Origin: Carcharhinus longimanus
Taxonomy: Eukaryota
Length of the DNA stretch: 64,000 nucleotides
Assembly: GCA_030264375.1 (NCBI GenBank)
Contig: JASCQW010000043.1
Location: 77,879,051 to 77,943,050, forward strand
Direction: 5' to 3'
Below the pieces are notes generated by a model. That model saw nothing but the letters and a program-made list of their open reading frames with translations, was not told the DNA's origin and did no database searches. The position numbers were made by a program, and so were the translations under genes. Positions 23,400-37,344 of this stretch are shown in pieces. How positions within the stretch are numbered: the first letter of the stretch is position 1; every line of letters begins with the position of its first letter.

Positions 23400-24725
23400 A
23401 TCAGAATAGCAGAAATGTTCTGGCACAGAAGGAGCCCATTTGGCCCATTGTATCTGCCTTTTCCCCATACCCCTGTGTATTATATCTATTCTAGTAATCA
23501 TCAATGCCTTCTTAAATGCCTCAGTAGAACCTACCTCCACCACATTGCAGGCAGTGCATTCCAGATACAAACCACTTACTGGATCACAACGCATTTGCTT
23601 CATTTGAAAATTGCTTCAAAGCTGTGCCCTCTCATTCTTGCTTCTTTTATGAGCATTCAACAGCTTCTCCCTATCTAGTCTTTCCTAGCCCACTTCATGA
23701 ACATCTCGATGAAACCTCCTCTTAACTTTCTTCTTTCCAAGGAAAACTGCCTCAACTTCTCCAATCTATCCTAATAACCGAAGTTTCACATCTCCAGGAC
23801 CATTCTTATAAACCTCTTATGCATCCATATCCTTCCTATAGTGTGGCACTCTGAACTGTACATAACATTCCAACTGAGGTCGAACAGTTTCTTGAATAAA
23901 CTCAGCATAATCTTCTTGCTGTTATACCCTATGCACCCATTAACAAAGCCCAGGACACTGTATAGTTTATTAACTGCTCTCTCCGCCTGTCCTTTCACCT
24001 TCAACAATCAATACACATATGCACCGGGGGGCCTCTGCTCCTACACCACTTTAAGAATTTTAGCCCTTATTTTATATTGTCACTCCACGTTCTTCCTCCC
24101 AAAATATATCACCCCACACTCCTCTGCCACCTTTCTGTCCTCAACCAACTTGCCTATGTCATTTTGAAGTCCTACACGATCCTCTTCACATTTACAATAC
24201 TTCCAAGTTTTGTGTCATCCATAAACTTTTGAAATTGTTCCTTGCACACTGAGATCTAGATCATTATTATATATCAAGAAAAGCAAGGGTCCCAATACCA
24301 ACCCTTGGGGAACATCACTGCAGACCTTCTTCTATTTTTTATTATTTCCTATTGTTCAGCCAATTTTATATCCACGTTCCTACTGTCCCTTTTATTCCAT
24401 GAGCTAAAACTTTTCTCACAAGTCTGTTGTGTGGCACTGAATTGAATGTCTTCTGAAAGTCCATGTACACTACATCTACCCTCATCGACTCTTTCTGTTG
24501 CCTCCTCAAAAAAAACCATCAAGTTAGTTAAACACAATTTTCCCATTAGAAATCCTCACTGTCTCTTCCTAATCAACCCATATTTTTCCATCTGATTACT
24601 TTATCTTAAATAATTGTTTCCAGAAGCTTGCCCACTACTGATGTTAAACTGACTGGCCTGTAATTGCTGGGGCAATCCTTACAACCTCTTTTGAACAAGG
24701 GCGTAGCGTTTACAATTCTCCACTT
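23400..24725 (-). mobile_element. CR1 LINE, 5'-truncated
   Basis: Minus ORFs MGKLCLTNLMVFFEEAT..VDEG and LKVKGQAERAVNK..SVLGF; CR1 tail at 23400-23450. Confidence 0.85.
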
Positions 24726-24834
24726 TATATAAAGAGACAAACAAAGAGAGAAGAACTATAAGCAGTATCTTATAATAAATCATCCTCAGTCAAGTGCTAG
24801 ACAGAAGGACTGAAGAAATAAAAAAGATTAGAGA

Positions 24835-25178
24835 GGCATTAGCCATATTTCCACTTGTGAGGAAATCTAGAACAAGAGGTCATTGTTTTAGAAGGACTAG
24901 ATTTTTGTAAAACAGAGAAGAGGAGAAATTACTTCTCTCAAATGATCTTGAATCAGTGGAATTTTCTACCACCGAGTGTTGGTTGCTGGGACTTTGAGTA
25001 AATTTAAGGAAGAGGTGGACAGATTTTTAATTAGTAATGGGTTTGAAGGGCTATGGTGAATGGGCAGGAAAGAGGAGTTGAGACTGAGATGAAATTAGTC
25101 ATGATCATATTAAATAGTGGAGTGGGCTCGAGGGGCTAAATTGCCTACTCCTGCTCCTAGTTCTAATGATTCTTATGA
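24835..25178 (+). mobile_element. CR1 LINE 3' fragment
   Basis: aatctagaacaagaggtca...gggctcgaggggctaaattgcctactcctgctcctagttct. Confidence 0.8.
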
Positions 25179-25306
25179 TATGAACAGCTAAAAAAAGTGA
25201 GCTCTGAGGAAAATGTGAGAAAAATGAGAAAGACCAAGAGCATGGAAATTGTATGGATCATATATGACATTGAAACACATTAGAATTTAAATTAATTTAC
25301 TATTCT

Positions 25307-25665
25307 TGATTTTGATTTGATTGGAATTATTATTGTCACACGTAAAGGTATACAGTGAAAAGTATTGTTTCTTGTGTGGTATACAGACAAAACATACCAT
25401 TCACAGAGTACAAAGGGGAGAAGGAAAGGAGAGGATGCAGAATGTAGTGTTACAGTCATAGCTAGGGTGTAGAGAAAGATCTGCCTCATATACGGTAGGT
25501 CCATTCAGAAGTTTGATGGCAGCAGGGACAAAGCTATTCTTGAGCCCTTTGGTATATTATCTCCAACTTTTGTATCTTTTTACCAATGGAAGAAGATGGA
25601 AGAGAATATGTCCGGGGTGTGTGGAGTCCTTGATTGTGCTGGCTGCTTTTCCGGGACAGCAGGAG
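25307..25665 (-). mobile_element. Rex1/Babar LINE 3' end
   Basis: Reverse complement of 55600-55935 including the (AATCA)n terminus. Confidence 0.85.
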
Positions 25666-26819
25666 AGCTTGGAGGAATCAAACCAAAGACAACTTTAGCA
25701 TTGACATTTGTAATTCAAATAGATTGTCATTTTAAAAAGTAGCTCACACATTTTTTATAAGCTTAAACAATTAGCAAAGTGTTCTGGCACATATTTCCCA
25801 GCAAGAAAGTTTTGATTCGAATGCCAGATCATGATAACTATGCTTTGCTGAATATTTTGTGAACCGAGCCTGCCCATTTTCATGAGCTAGAACAACCCAA
25901 CACTGCCCAACCTATAGTTTAACATGCTACAAGCATCCATTCTTTTCAAGTTGTTTAATGTTTTTAAAGATTGAATTTGGGTCATTTCTATCAGCGTGGA
26001 AGGTGATTAATCTATAAGTCAATTCATCAAATCAGAAGATGAAAAGAATACATTTGAAATACCAAAAACCCCCAGAATGAATTCCTGGTATTTTTTCATG
26101 TTGATAATGAGGAAGAAGGGAGAATGGATAAATTCCTGTAAAACTAATTGAAATAGTCCAAATCTTAACAGTTGTGATTAAGTTAAGACGTGGGGTGGGA
26201 TTTTATGGCCTCACTTGCCCCGAAACCATAAAATTCCACCTGAGGTCAATAGACCTTCCCATGCTCCGCCCCAACTGACAGAAGAAACACATGAAAGTGA
26301 TCAATTAATACACAACTTTCCAGTGTTCTTTCCACATTAGCATCAGGATTTCAACAAATTAAGAAAAAAAAATCAGCCTATGAGTAGCTCAATTAACTTC
26401 TTCAAATCTAATGTTATTTGCATCATCTCCTTGCCTTCTCAATTTCATTAGCTGTTGAAAATATCTAATAACTAAACAGTAGTTGACCAGTCAGTTCCGA
26501 TCTCCCAGTGGAGTTAAATTAATCAGGTCTTATGAGCATGCATCAGAGCTATCAGATAGTTTCCTTATTTCATTCCCGGAGAATATAATTTTGCCAGGCA
26601 CAAAGATGAGGATTAAGGAGCAGAAGCTCAACAAAACACTGTCCTGGAAATTCTGGTGCTTCCCCAGGAAATGACGGGTGCGTGGTGTGGGTGGGGGGGT
26701 GGGGGCGGTGGTTGGTGGGNNNNNNNNNNNNNNNNNNNNNNNNNNNNNNNNNNNNNNNNNNNNNNNNNNNNNNNNNNNNNNNNNNNNNNNNNNNNNNNNN
26801 NNNNNNNNNNNNNNNNNNN

Positions 26820-27802
26820 CCTGAGAGACCTCCTCAAGGTTGTGAGTAACAGTGTCTGCTGATGGAAAGAGAAAGCAACCTAATATGACCAGAGCAGCCT
26901 AGATGGAGATAGTAGCAGAGGTCAGTAGTAGTGGGGCTGTCCCAAGAACTTGGACTCATTGCCATGAACTTACTATTTCTTAACTTTTTAAATTTCAAAT
27001 GAGACACAACAAACGGTTTTAAAATGCAAGATCACCTTCCAAGGTGAAAGTGGGAAAGGAAAACAAGAACAGCCCAAAAGGGAGTTTTAAGAGAGACATT
27101 TTGCATCTCAGCAGACACCCAAATTCCATCTTCTGCTGATCAATAACTCAGGATGTGGAAATGGTCAAAGAAATTTGACTCTGGGGTGAGGCCATGTTGT
27201 TTGTTCCCTCTTAAGATATATAAGGAACCGGGATTTTAAGAAAAAACCCGCAGACCTGTTCTGTGTGTACTGGTGCTGGGGTATTAGTGTGTATGACACA
27301 GAAGTAAGAAGAGACAGCAGGCAGTCACCCCTTCAAAAAAGCCTGCAGGCAAACAAGGATCTCTCTCTCTCTGTTGCTGGAGAAAGATCAGCAAACGTCC
27401 CAAACTAAAGGACAGCAGACAGCTTTTCAACCACCCTGCAGAATCTAGTGTCTCCAAACCTAACTACTAGCCTGCCAGAGTAATCACCCAAATTAACAGC
27501 TGCAAAATACCACAATCTACACTCATGGATAAGCCAAAGAATGATTCATATTTTGTTTTACTTTTATCTGGGCTTTGTTCCTTAATTCTGATTAGTTTAT
27601 GAAAGTGTGTGATGTCTGTTTTATTATTTTTCTCAGGCTTTAGTGACTAATAAACTAACTCTTTCTTTGAATCAAGAAAGCCTGGTTGCATCAGCTTCTA
27701 TTAAGAAGTAAATACATTTGGAGTAGGAAAAGGTATCCACGGGGAAGGGGATTTCTTTTAAATTAACATTGTTGCAACCACCGGCGAGGAGGAGAGGGGG
27801 TC
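26820..27802 (+). mobile_element. Possible LTR (solo LTR or LTR-retrotransposon end), both ends lost in gaps
   Basis: TATA-like gatatataagg at ~27215 followed by AATAAA at ~27649 and U5-like sequence; no coding remnants. Confidence 0.35.
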
Positions 27803-29656
27803 NNNNNNNNNNNNNNNNNNNNNNNNNNNNNNNNNNNNNNNNNNNNNNNNNNNNNNNNNNNNNNNNNNNNNNNNNNNNNNNNNNNNNNNNNNNNNNNNNN
27901 NNNNNNNNNNNNNNNNNNNNNNNNNNNNNNNNNNNNNNNNNNNNNNNNNNNNNNNNNNNNNNNNNNNNNNNNNNNNNNNNNNNNNNNNNNNNNNNNNNNN
28001 NNNNNNNNNNNNNNNNNNAAGTCTCCATCTGAATAATGCTTTGTTTACTGCTCAGAGGTCCAAGGCCACATGATGCATAAATGGCATTGAACGTAGCTCC
28101 AAGGACTATGTAGGGGTGGTTTTGAGGGTTGGGGGTGAAGGGGCAGGGGGCGGGTGGGTCTTGTGGGTGGTGGCTGGGTGAGATGTAGAAGGCATACAGG
28201 CTATTGGCTTCTTATCATTGCGCAGCCTGTGGAGTTCTCCCAGAGCATAAGGGTGAAGAAATGAGAGTACCTGAGAATCCTGAGAATCCACTACCACACC
28301 TTACTACAGGAGAACAGGGCCCACAATGCCAGGGAGAAGAGCAGGATAGGAGGTGGTCTTGCCTACTGGTCATGCACACAGCTGGATCAGGAGGATTAGG
28401 AACTCACAGGGAATAACTGGAGCTATTCCATTGGCAAAGGTGAGATTGGAGTAAGCCCTTTGTATAGTGAGATTGCAAGGGGCATTGTCCACAGTTGGAA
28501 GAAAGATGATTTAAGAGGACAATGGGGATGATGCATGGAATGCTGTTGAGCTGTTAAGAATGACTGGTTGTTGGGTTTTGAGTTCAAAGGCCTTCCTGGA
28601 TCAGGGAAGAAACCATGTCAGAATTCTAGATATTCTTAAATGTTAACAAAGACTAACATCTCATTCTGCCTAAATTGCTCCCCTAGTTGAAGGTTTATCT
28701 TCAATCACACTATGAAGGTAGAGAATTGCCATAATTTGTCCTTTTTTTACTGTCTCCTGTGCAGGGGAACCATTGACCTCTGTGGCCTTATGCCCCGAGG
28801 GACTCACACTAGCCTCTGAGGAGGTAGAGGAAGCTTTGGAGAGTGCACCATCACACCCTCTCCCCCACCAAGCACCAGTAAAGAGGGTACCTCAGAGGAG
28901 TTTTAAGCCTCGAGGCAAGAGGAAGCATGATCTGATGAGGATACTTCACGAACACGTGTGTGTAGCTGAGACCGTGTGTTGGAGAAGGCTTGGGTGGTCA
29001 GAGAAGTGCTCAAGATGATCCACAGGCTAAATCCCATGTGGATAAAGGGCCTCTGGAGTTGTCTCTAAGGCAACAGAAACCAAATGCCCAGCATAAAGCG
29101 CATGGAGATTTGGTGAAGATACCAGAGAGGTTGAGATTTGGTGAAGATACCAGAGGGATTGTGTCTTCTGTCATGGAAGCTGGTAGTGTCCATCACGGCA
29201 ATGTACATCACGGTAATCCACGCTTCAGTAAACAATGCTTCCTCAGGCCGCTTTGGAGGGGCAGGCCCAGCAGAATGCAGAAGCAACCATGGGGCTATGC
29301 ACTGAGCTGGACTCTGTTTCAGTGGCCCAGTGCCAGTGTGACAGGGGTCTGGAGCTTGGACAGGTTCTTGTTCTTCTCCAGAAGACAGAGAGAAAAACTC
29401 AGTCCTCAGCTGAGCAACAGCTGCTGCCATCTGGAGGCACCTTTCAGGGCACTTCAAATAGGGGCAGCCTCTCCTGCTCTTGAGTACAACAGTGACAGAA
29501 GACCTACTGCCACTCCACAGAAGATTTGAAATGCAGTGAACCCCTCAGAAAATCAGCCACACAAAGGATGTTTGCCAAAGTCATCCAGGCAAAGGTTCAA
29601 ATGCAGCAGCAGCCTCCCTCCACAGCAGCTGAAGGTGAGGGGGGAGAGCCACACCA

Positions 29657-29724
29657 GTTTGTTTATTAGTGTCACGAGTAGGCTTACGTTAACACTGCAA
29701 TGAAGTTACTGTGAAAATCCCCCA
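29657..29724 (-). mobile_element. Solo B-type SINE tail (~65 bp)
   Basis: gtttattagtgtcacgagtaggcttacgttaacactgcaatgaagttactgtgaaaatcccc, tail only. Confidence 0.8.
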
Positions 29725-29999
29725 CAGTACATGGAAAAGACTGAGAAAAACCCACAGAGGTCACATATTGGTTCATATGAGTGTGCTTAGATTTAGGTAG
29801 CACCAAATGCCGCAATGGATTTGGTCACCTTGTCAGTATCTGGGCCTTCCTGGATCCCTGCTGTCTTTTGTTGCTCAGGGTGACGTTCTTTCCTGAGTTA
29901 TGCCATATGGTTTCAGGCCTTTATTCTCCTCACTCACATCAAATCCATCAAAAAGGCAGTGTTGCTGCAGCCTGCATTCTGCAAACCTCCTTGTCTCTG

Positions 30000-30440
30000 T
30001 GCGCAAGTAGAATGGAGACATGATTACACCTTGCCCTGAAATATTGTCCCTCCATCGCCAAGCCAGGAAGCCAGTGTGAAGCCCTAGGCCTGACCTCCTA
30101 GCAAATCCACGTGCAGCTGAAGCACATTCTGCAGGTTTACAAGTGGCTCAGCATCCATCCCTGACATGACAGAGCACAAACAAATGCACTTTGACCAGGG
30201 TCAAAACTGCTATGTCCTCTGTCTTCCACCTCCCCGCTGGTATTGCCTCCTATACTTGATACAACTTTAGACATTCACCGAGATCTTGCAGCAGGACTGT
30301 GAAAGGTAGGTGAGAGCATTGTCTACATACCTCAAAGATGCTAGTGAAGGTCATCAGGTGCGTGGCACTTAAATGCAGTTGTGAAGCAGACTCCCATTTT
30401 CCCACATGTTGGGAACTTTTGGAACAATCCTGGCCAACTA
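30000..30440 (-). mobile_element. Possible decayed PIF/Harbinger transposase remnant
   Basis: Weak, frameshifted similarity to the HARBI1-type N-terminal region (YRQ..., ALP.AVKV, YISF-like patches). Confidence 0.3.
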
Positions 30441-30804
30441 TTTCAATGCTCTCTTGGCTGGCCTCCCACTTTGTGCTCATCATAAATGTGGGATCATCCA
30501 GTTGCGTTGTTCATGACCTAACTTGTGCCAATCCCCATTCCCTGTGTTCACAGAACTACTTTGCCTCCCAACCTCTGTAACCTCAACCAGATCTATACTG
30601 GCCTCTTGTATATCCTCAGGTCATTTTGTTTGAGCATTCGTTGCATAATCAGTTGATTAAACCCAAAGCTCTGCAATTTCACCCCCACCCCCACTCCCCT
30701 GCCCCCTCAACCTCTCGCTCCTTCTTTAGGATACTTAAAAGGTACATCTTTGACCAAAGTTTTGGTCTTTAGTCATAATATGTCCTGTAACAACATGTGG
30801 CCAT

Positions 30805-30968
30805 CTGAAGCTGGGTCAAAATCCTGAAACACCTTCCCCAGCAATCCTGTGGACTGCAGTAGTTCAAGAAGGCATCTCACCCATACTGTCTCAAGAGCAA
30901 TTAGGGATGGGCAGTAAATGCCAGCCTAACCAATGGTGCCCACAACCCATGAAAGAATTTTTAAAAAG
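30805..30968 (+). mobile_element. Family-B LINE 3' tail
   Basis: gctgggtcaaaatcctg...gcaattagggatgggcagtaaatgccagcct...aaaaa. Confidence 0.75.
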
Positions 30969-33900
30969 CCCAGAATCAAGGTAGCTTTGTGGGAAAAAAA
31001 ACAAATGTAAGTAGTTTTCCTAATTTAAGTTAGAAACTAATGACAAGAGACATAGGCTTCGATTTTATGTCCATTACTGACTTACAAAATATCCCAAAAG
31101 AATATTTCGGAAATAAAAGGTATATAAAAGAAAATGGCATTTTGAGTTGATTAATTTTACATAAGCGTCGATGATCAAGGGGTTTTTTGTTACTTTAAAT
31201 CAATTAGCATCTCAGTCTGCTTCTGGGAGTTGGTAGAATATAACAAAAGATATTGAAAGCAACTTTATCCACTTAATAAATTGAAATTTCCATAAGGGTG
31301 GCATTCTCCTTGGATTTGGACCTGGAAAGTTAGGAATAACTCGGGGGATAAATGAAGACCATGGAACTGCATTCCTGTGTATGCCATCCAAATTTAATTA
31401 CGGTATTTTTGCTCTTTTCAGTAACATATGATATTCACTCTAGGTAGCTAAAGGCCTCTCAGTGTTGTATCTGTTCGATGGCACAGAAATAATTGCCTGA
31501 TGTATTTATAGAATGCACTTACTATCCGTAAGTGCTTTATCTGACAGTGGAAAGTATGTAAACAAAAGTTCGCTCCATGCACTTTGAGTGAGTATAGAGC
31601 ATTCAAATGCATGTGTTCATTCTTTTTGGGCAAGTGGGCCTCAAGTGGTGCCACCAACTAATTTATTTTATTTTTGTGGAGATAATTATTCCTTCCCCCT
31701 CCCACTCTGTTATGCATTCAATAAAGGTACCATTAATGAAAGGTCTTGAGGTTTTCCCTTAGCAGGGAAACATGTGACTGTAGATATTTTTAAGATTTGT
31801 GTTTTCTTCAAAGGCAAATAATTAATTTCTATTTCGATTATTATGAGAATGAAGGCAGGCATCCTTTCATATAATACCACACTTCTTGAGTTAAACAGAT
31901 GGCAAATTATTATCTGTCATGTGAATGGGGATGTACCCAGTGGTATCTTCCAGAAACAGAAAGGGACAGTGCCCACACATACAATTAGAAGCACAGGGGA
32001 AAGCTTTTTAATTGCTGAATTAGCACAAGGCACTGAACAGCCAAGGCAACTTATAAAACAATGATATCTCCACAACTCAGCAGTGAGTGACAGACTGCTG
32101 CATAACGCTCACAGCACAGGACTATTGAGAATAACTGAAACAGTCTGACCTGCATGATATGCTTATCTTTTCTTACCATATCCAGGATGCTTGTTAAAAC
32201 TGTGATGCTGGATGTGTCATGGTATATAATTAGAGCAACATTAAAATATTCTGTTATCTGAAGAGACATAATGCGAAGCAGAAAGGTAAGAACTGAAATA
32301 GTCCAAGCTAATCCTGTAGTGACAAAATTGGCAAAGTGTTTAAAACATTGAGGGATTGTGTGCTTGTTTAATATTAATAATGCAGTTTTTATAAATATGA
32401 TCAAATTATGTTTTTCTTCAGCAAAAATTGTGTACAAAAGTTGTAGTTTAAACCCTTGGAAGGTAGCAGAACAACACTTGAATTCTGCCATCATCTTGCA
32501 TTCCCAATCTTGGTCCATTTGAGGGTAGTTAGCAAGTTACTATCTTCAGAACAGTCTTGATAATAGTACATCACTAACTGCCCTCAGTTATCCTCAACAC
32601 CGCCATCTTCAGCTAAAGGACTGACAATGCATTGCAGAGATAAGACATAAGATATGAAGGGAGCATTAGCCATTATGTCATAGCTGTCACTTGCTATATT
32701 TGCTAGTGAGTTTGTAATGTGCAGTTCTGTAGATTTTTCTCTGATGACTTTTGATGTTAACTTACATGGTGACTGGAATTCTAATGTCAAATTCTAAGTG
32801 TCAAATTTGTGTAAAAACTGGAGTAATGCATGCTGTTTCTCAGTGGGAGTTCAGAGAAAAATTATCCCACATTCTGTGCTTTGCAGAGGCCACCAGTGTG
32901 AATATCAGTAGATNNNNNNNNNNNNNNNNNNNNNNNNNNNNNNNNNNNNNNNNNNNNNNNNNNNNNNNNNNNNNNNNNNNNNNNNNNNNNNNNNNNNNNN
33001 NNNNNNNNNNNNNNNNNNNNNNNNNNNNNNNNNNNNNNNNNNNNNNNNNNNNNNNNNNNNNNNNNNNNNNNNNNNNNNNNNNNNNNNNNNNNNNNNNNNN
33101 NNNNNNNNNNNNNNNNNNNNNNNNNNNNNNNNNNNNNNNNNNNNNNNNNNNNNNNNNNNNNNNNNNNNNNNNNNNNNNNNNNNNNNNNNNNNNNNNNNNN
33201 NNNNNNNNNNNNNNNNNNNNNNNNNNNNNNNNNNNNNNNNNNNNNNNNNNNNNNNNNNNNNNNNNNNNNNNNNNNNNNNNNNNNNNNNNNNNNNNNNNNN
33301 NNNNNNNNNNNNNNNNNNNNNNNNNNNNNNNNNNNNNNNNNNNNNNNNNNNNNNNNCCCGCCAGCAGACTGACTGCCCTCCCCCCGGCTTACCCTACCAC
33401 CCCCCAGCCCACCCTGATTGCTGGCCTCCCTCCTTCCCCCACCAGGGGCTCAGGTGGGCACTGCCAGGGTGCCAATGCCTGGGGCACCTCTGCCACACGT
33501 CCCTCTTGGGGGGCTCCTCATTATCCCATTCACTCCAACAGGGTTGGGCCATGGCTTACTGAAAGTTGGGGGGGGCGGTGGTCACTGTAATCCCTGCTGG
33601 AGTGATATACTCTCTCCAGATGCTAGCGGGCCCAGAGACTTCTAGCAGTCCCAGGCCTGCTAATCTCATTTGAATTGTATTGAAATAACCATTGGTCTTG
33701 ACCAAATGGCCAAATGGTCTTTGCGCCTCCCTGCCGATTTCTGGCATGGATCTGACGCTGCTGGAAATCTGGCTCCGGGAGACATTAGAGGGGTGCAAAC
33801 GCATGTGTGAACCATGCGAATCACCTGCTGCGAGATTCTCTTGGCCCGCTGTGTTAAAAAATTATGTCTGTGATGTAATAAACATGATTCACAGGGAAGA

Positions 33901-35439
33901 ATTATTAGACATTATCGGAGAGTTGAGGGCCAGATAGAGAAACAGCCTCCAATACAATCTAATTTAGTGGGAGACGTTGGTATGTAATAAAAATGGTTTT
34001 AATCTGATTCCCATAAATCTCAATATATTAGCATCTACTTACTGGCCTTGATAACATAACACCTGTCCTCACCTTATCCTCTACCCAGTCACCACGGTGG
34101 GAATCAAAAATGAAAACCAGTCACCATGAGCAGGCTGGAGGCGTGGAGGTAAGTATAGCCTCCATGCCTCCAGCCTAGTGAGGTGGTGAGGGATATAGCC
34201 AGGCAGTGCCGAGGTTGGTTCCCTTTTTGTGTGGTGTGGGATGGAGGGGGACAGCCCCAATGCCTGTGAAGTGGGTGGAGGTAGAGAGGAGATCCCAGGT
34301 GCCNNNNNNNNNNNNNNNNNNNNNNNNNNNNNNNNNNNNNNNNNNNNNNNNNNNNNNNNNNNNNNNNNNNNNNNNNNNNNNNNNNNNNNNNNNNNNNNNN
34401 NNNCTGTGGCGGAGGGTTCCCCTGTGTTGGCCATGTGATGGGGGGGGGGGGGGTGCCTTTACATTGGTGTTGTGGTGAGGGCAGTGTCCCAATGTTGGGC
34501 CTGTGGTGGGTGGGGTCCCCCCGATGCTTGGGGGACAGGGCTGTGATGTCTGTGGGGGTGAGGGGACTTTTTATTTAAGTCAGAGATCAGGGTGCACTTT
34601 GAAAATGGTTCACAGATCTCAACATTTCTGGCATTGTTGGTGTCTTTAGGTCCCTTCCTTCAGCTGACAGTATGAATCCCGCTTCCCATTTCAAAATGCA
34701 CAGAGCGAAAAGCCGGCTGTGAAACCTGCAAGCTTCACGTTGGTTTCCCTGCCTGAGCCAATACTCTGGGGTGGACTGTAATTCCCACAGGCCCGCGTGA
34801 GAGTTAATGTTCAGTAGAGCAGGACTACTGTTTGCTACTCCATTGCCCCATTGCACAATTCGAAGGAGCAGGGTTACTTAAATGTTGAGGAGGTGCCTTG
34901 ATCTTGCAACATTGCAGGAGAGGCAGCTATCCTACTGAAGTGGCCACTGCTGCTTTAATAGGGGGCACTAGAATTCTGAATCAGGGTAAAAAGGAAGCTG
35001 GTTAAAAACAAAACCGTATTTCTTTTTCCAAAAACTGTCACGACATTGATAATGATAATCTCTCCCCCCCAAATCTATTCATGCCATCTTTGTTCTTGGA
35101 TTAAAAAAGGTTGACTTAGTGCCGGTTTTTGGGCAAGAGGTTGTGATGTCCGATTGAGTTGATGCCGTTGTCATGCAAACTTTATGCTGCCCACTCTTTC
35201 TGATGATCACAGTGTACAGCTCAGCATTATGTGTGCAGTTGTCTGGCTACACACTCAGCACAAGGCCACAAATGTGAATGGCAAGTATCATTTACATCTA
35301 GTCTGCACCTCCTAAAGAGGGTGGGGTGGGGACGATGGTGGGGAGAAGTGCATATAGTGCATTAAGGCTAGAGCAGGTGGGAGCACTGTCCCAGAAAGTG
35401 TAGTTCAGAAGGAATTAGACTAGTGATGGAACAGCAGGC

Positions 35440-35670
35440 CAAAGAATGAGCTCCCAGGATTTTTGATGCTGTGCTGGCGATCTTAGTTCAATAGGTGAAA
35501 AGGAGGTGACAGAGGTCATATTTCCATTGGTGACAAAGAGGCGCACAAGGAGTACACTATGAAGAGAATGGGCGTGGGAAGCCATGAAGTTTACTTCAAG
35601 GAGTGTAGCCCCAAAAACCTGGTGGCAGTGCCACAAAAAGTGAAATAACTTCGTATGAGTGGTGAATGTC
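35440..35670 (+). mobile_element. Harbinger-type Myb/SANT-like ORF relic
   Basis: Degenerate RAPRF.DAVL.ILVQ.V.RR.EVIFP...REW....SRSVAPKTW.QC.KK.NN. Confidence 0.5.
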
Positions 35671-35906
35671 AGCGAGTGTATTTTCAAATGCCTGCTCCTA
35701 CCCATTGCACCACCAGCCTCACACAATGATCAGTGAGCTCCATTCACATCACTCAACAATCATTAATCCCAGTAATCAGGGCTCAAACATAATATTCATA
35801 CACTCTGCTTCACTGTCTCACATTTATCACTGCTGCCAGCCTCATCTCAACATCTCATAGCTTCACCTATTTCCAACTACTCAGCTATGACAGGCACAAG
35901 ACTCAT

Positions 35907-36211
35907 ATTTTAATTTATTATTTTCACAAGTACATTTACATTAACACTGCAATGAAGTTACTGTGAAAATCCCCTAGTCTCCACATTCCAGAGCCTGTTC
36001 GGATAAACTGAGGGAGAATTTAGCATGGCCAGTGCACTGAACCAGCATGTCTTTCGGACTGTGGGGGGAAACTGGAGCACCTGGAGGAAACACAAGCAGA
36101 CACGAGCAAAACATGCATACTTTGCACAGACAGTGACCCAAGTCAGGAATCAAACCTGGATCCCTGATGCTGTGAGGCAACAGTGCTAACCACTCTGCCA
36201 CTGTGCCACCC
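35907..36211 (-). mobile_element. HE1-type V-SINE, B tail
   Basis: Head gggtggcacagtggcagagtggttagcac, V-domain and B tail. Confidence 0.9.
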
Positions 36212-36389
36212 ATTTTACTCATTTTCATCACTCCCATTTGACTGCAATCTCCAGCGACTGCTGCTCCAACAACTAAGCGTACAGTACTTCTACTAACTCT
36301 GCAGCAGCAAAAAGGAAGTCAAAAGCACCTCATCTGAAATTTCCATGCTGATGCCTTTAAATACTACTTACCCCCAATTGCATGGTTTC

Positions 36390-37000
36390 CCGCTTCTTAA
36401 CCAGCTTCCTATCTGAACGCCCTCTGAAAGTTCATACATACAACATATACTGTTTCACCTTGATCAGCCTTCTTTATAATCTGCTCAAAGAATTCAATCA
36501 AATTGGTCAGACAGGATTTGGCTTTAACAAGTCTGTGCTGAATCTGTGTGATTAAGCTGTGCTTTTTCAAATGAAAGTTGATTTTGTCTCTGATAATGCT
36601 TTCCAATAACTACCCCACTACTGATGTGAGGTTGAGAGGCCAGTAGCTTCCTGATTTATTCCTCTCCTTTCTTCAATAGTGGTACTAAGATCCTTCAATG
36701 TTCCAATACTACTCCTGCATCCAATGAGAATTGAAAAGTGGAGACCAAAGCCTTTGTTATTTCAGCAACTTTGGCTGTGTTCCAGTCAGACCAGGTGACT
36801 TCCCAACTTCCAGTAATGCTATTCTTTTCAGTACATCTTCCCAATCTGTTACTATCCTGTTCATTACTTACCTCTCAGATTTCATTGCAATCTTCTAATC
36901 ATCTACTCCTTTAGAGAATTGATGCAAAATATTCATTTAATACTTTAGCCACGTCCCCTGCCTCTATGTGAAAATTTCCCAATGGGTCCTTATAATGCCA
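36390..37000 (-). mobile_element. Old CR1 LINE internal fragment
   Basis: ESIIRDKINFHLKKH.LI...QH...KAKSCLTNLIEFFE...DQGE.VYVV.MNFQRAF. Confidence 0.8.
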
Positions 37001-37344
37001 AAAATTTTCCATTGTTAACTTCTTACATTGAATAACTTTCTAAAATGTTTTGGAATTTTCTCTGCTAACCTTTTACTTGCAATTATTTTGCCTTCTATAT
37101 TTTCAATCTCCTTCTGTTCTCTCATAAGCTTCTTGATATTTGCCATTCATCTCTTTTATTTATTTTTAACCTTTATTCCATTTATCATTCAGCTTTATCT
37201 TCTAACTGTTCCCCTTTTAATGCCTAAACTATCCCTTCCCTCAATGTCATCCATAGCTGTTACTGCTTGACTTGGCAACTGTTTTCTTAAATTTATCTAT
37301 ATGAGATCCCTTTGTCCTTTCTTCCCATTTGAACATTCTTACCC

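Noticed and set aside
28990-29529. 179-aa ORF with an internal 28-bp tandem duplication
   Set aside because: Non-ATG start and no recognisable domain; lies within a probable decayed DNA-transposon block.
32051-32518. 155-aa hydrophobic minus-strand ORF
   Set aside because: AT-rich, no homology recognised and no supporting exon structure.
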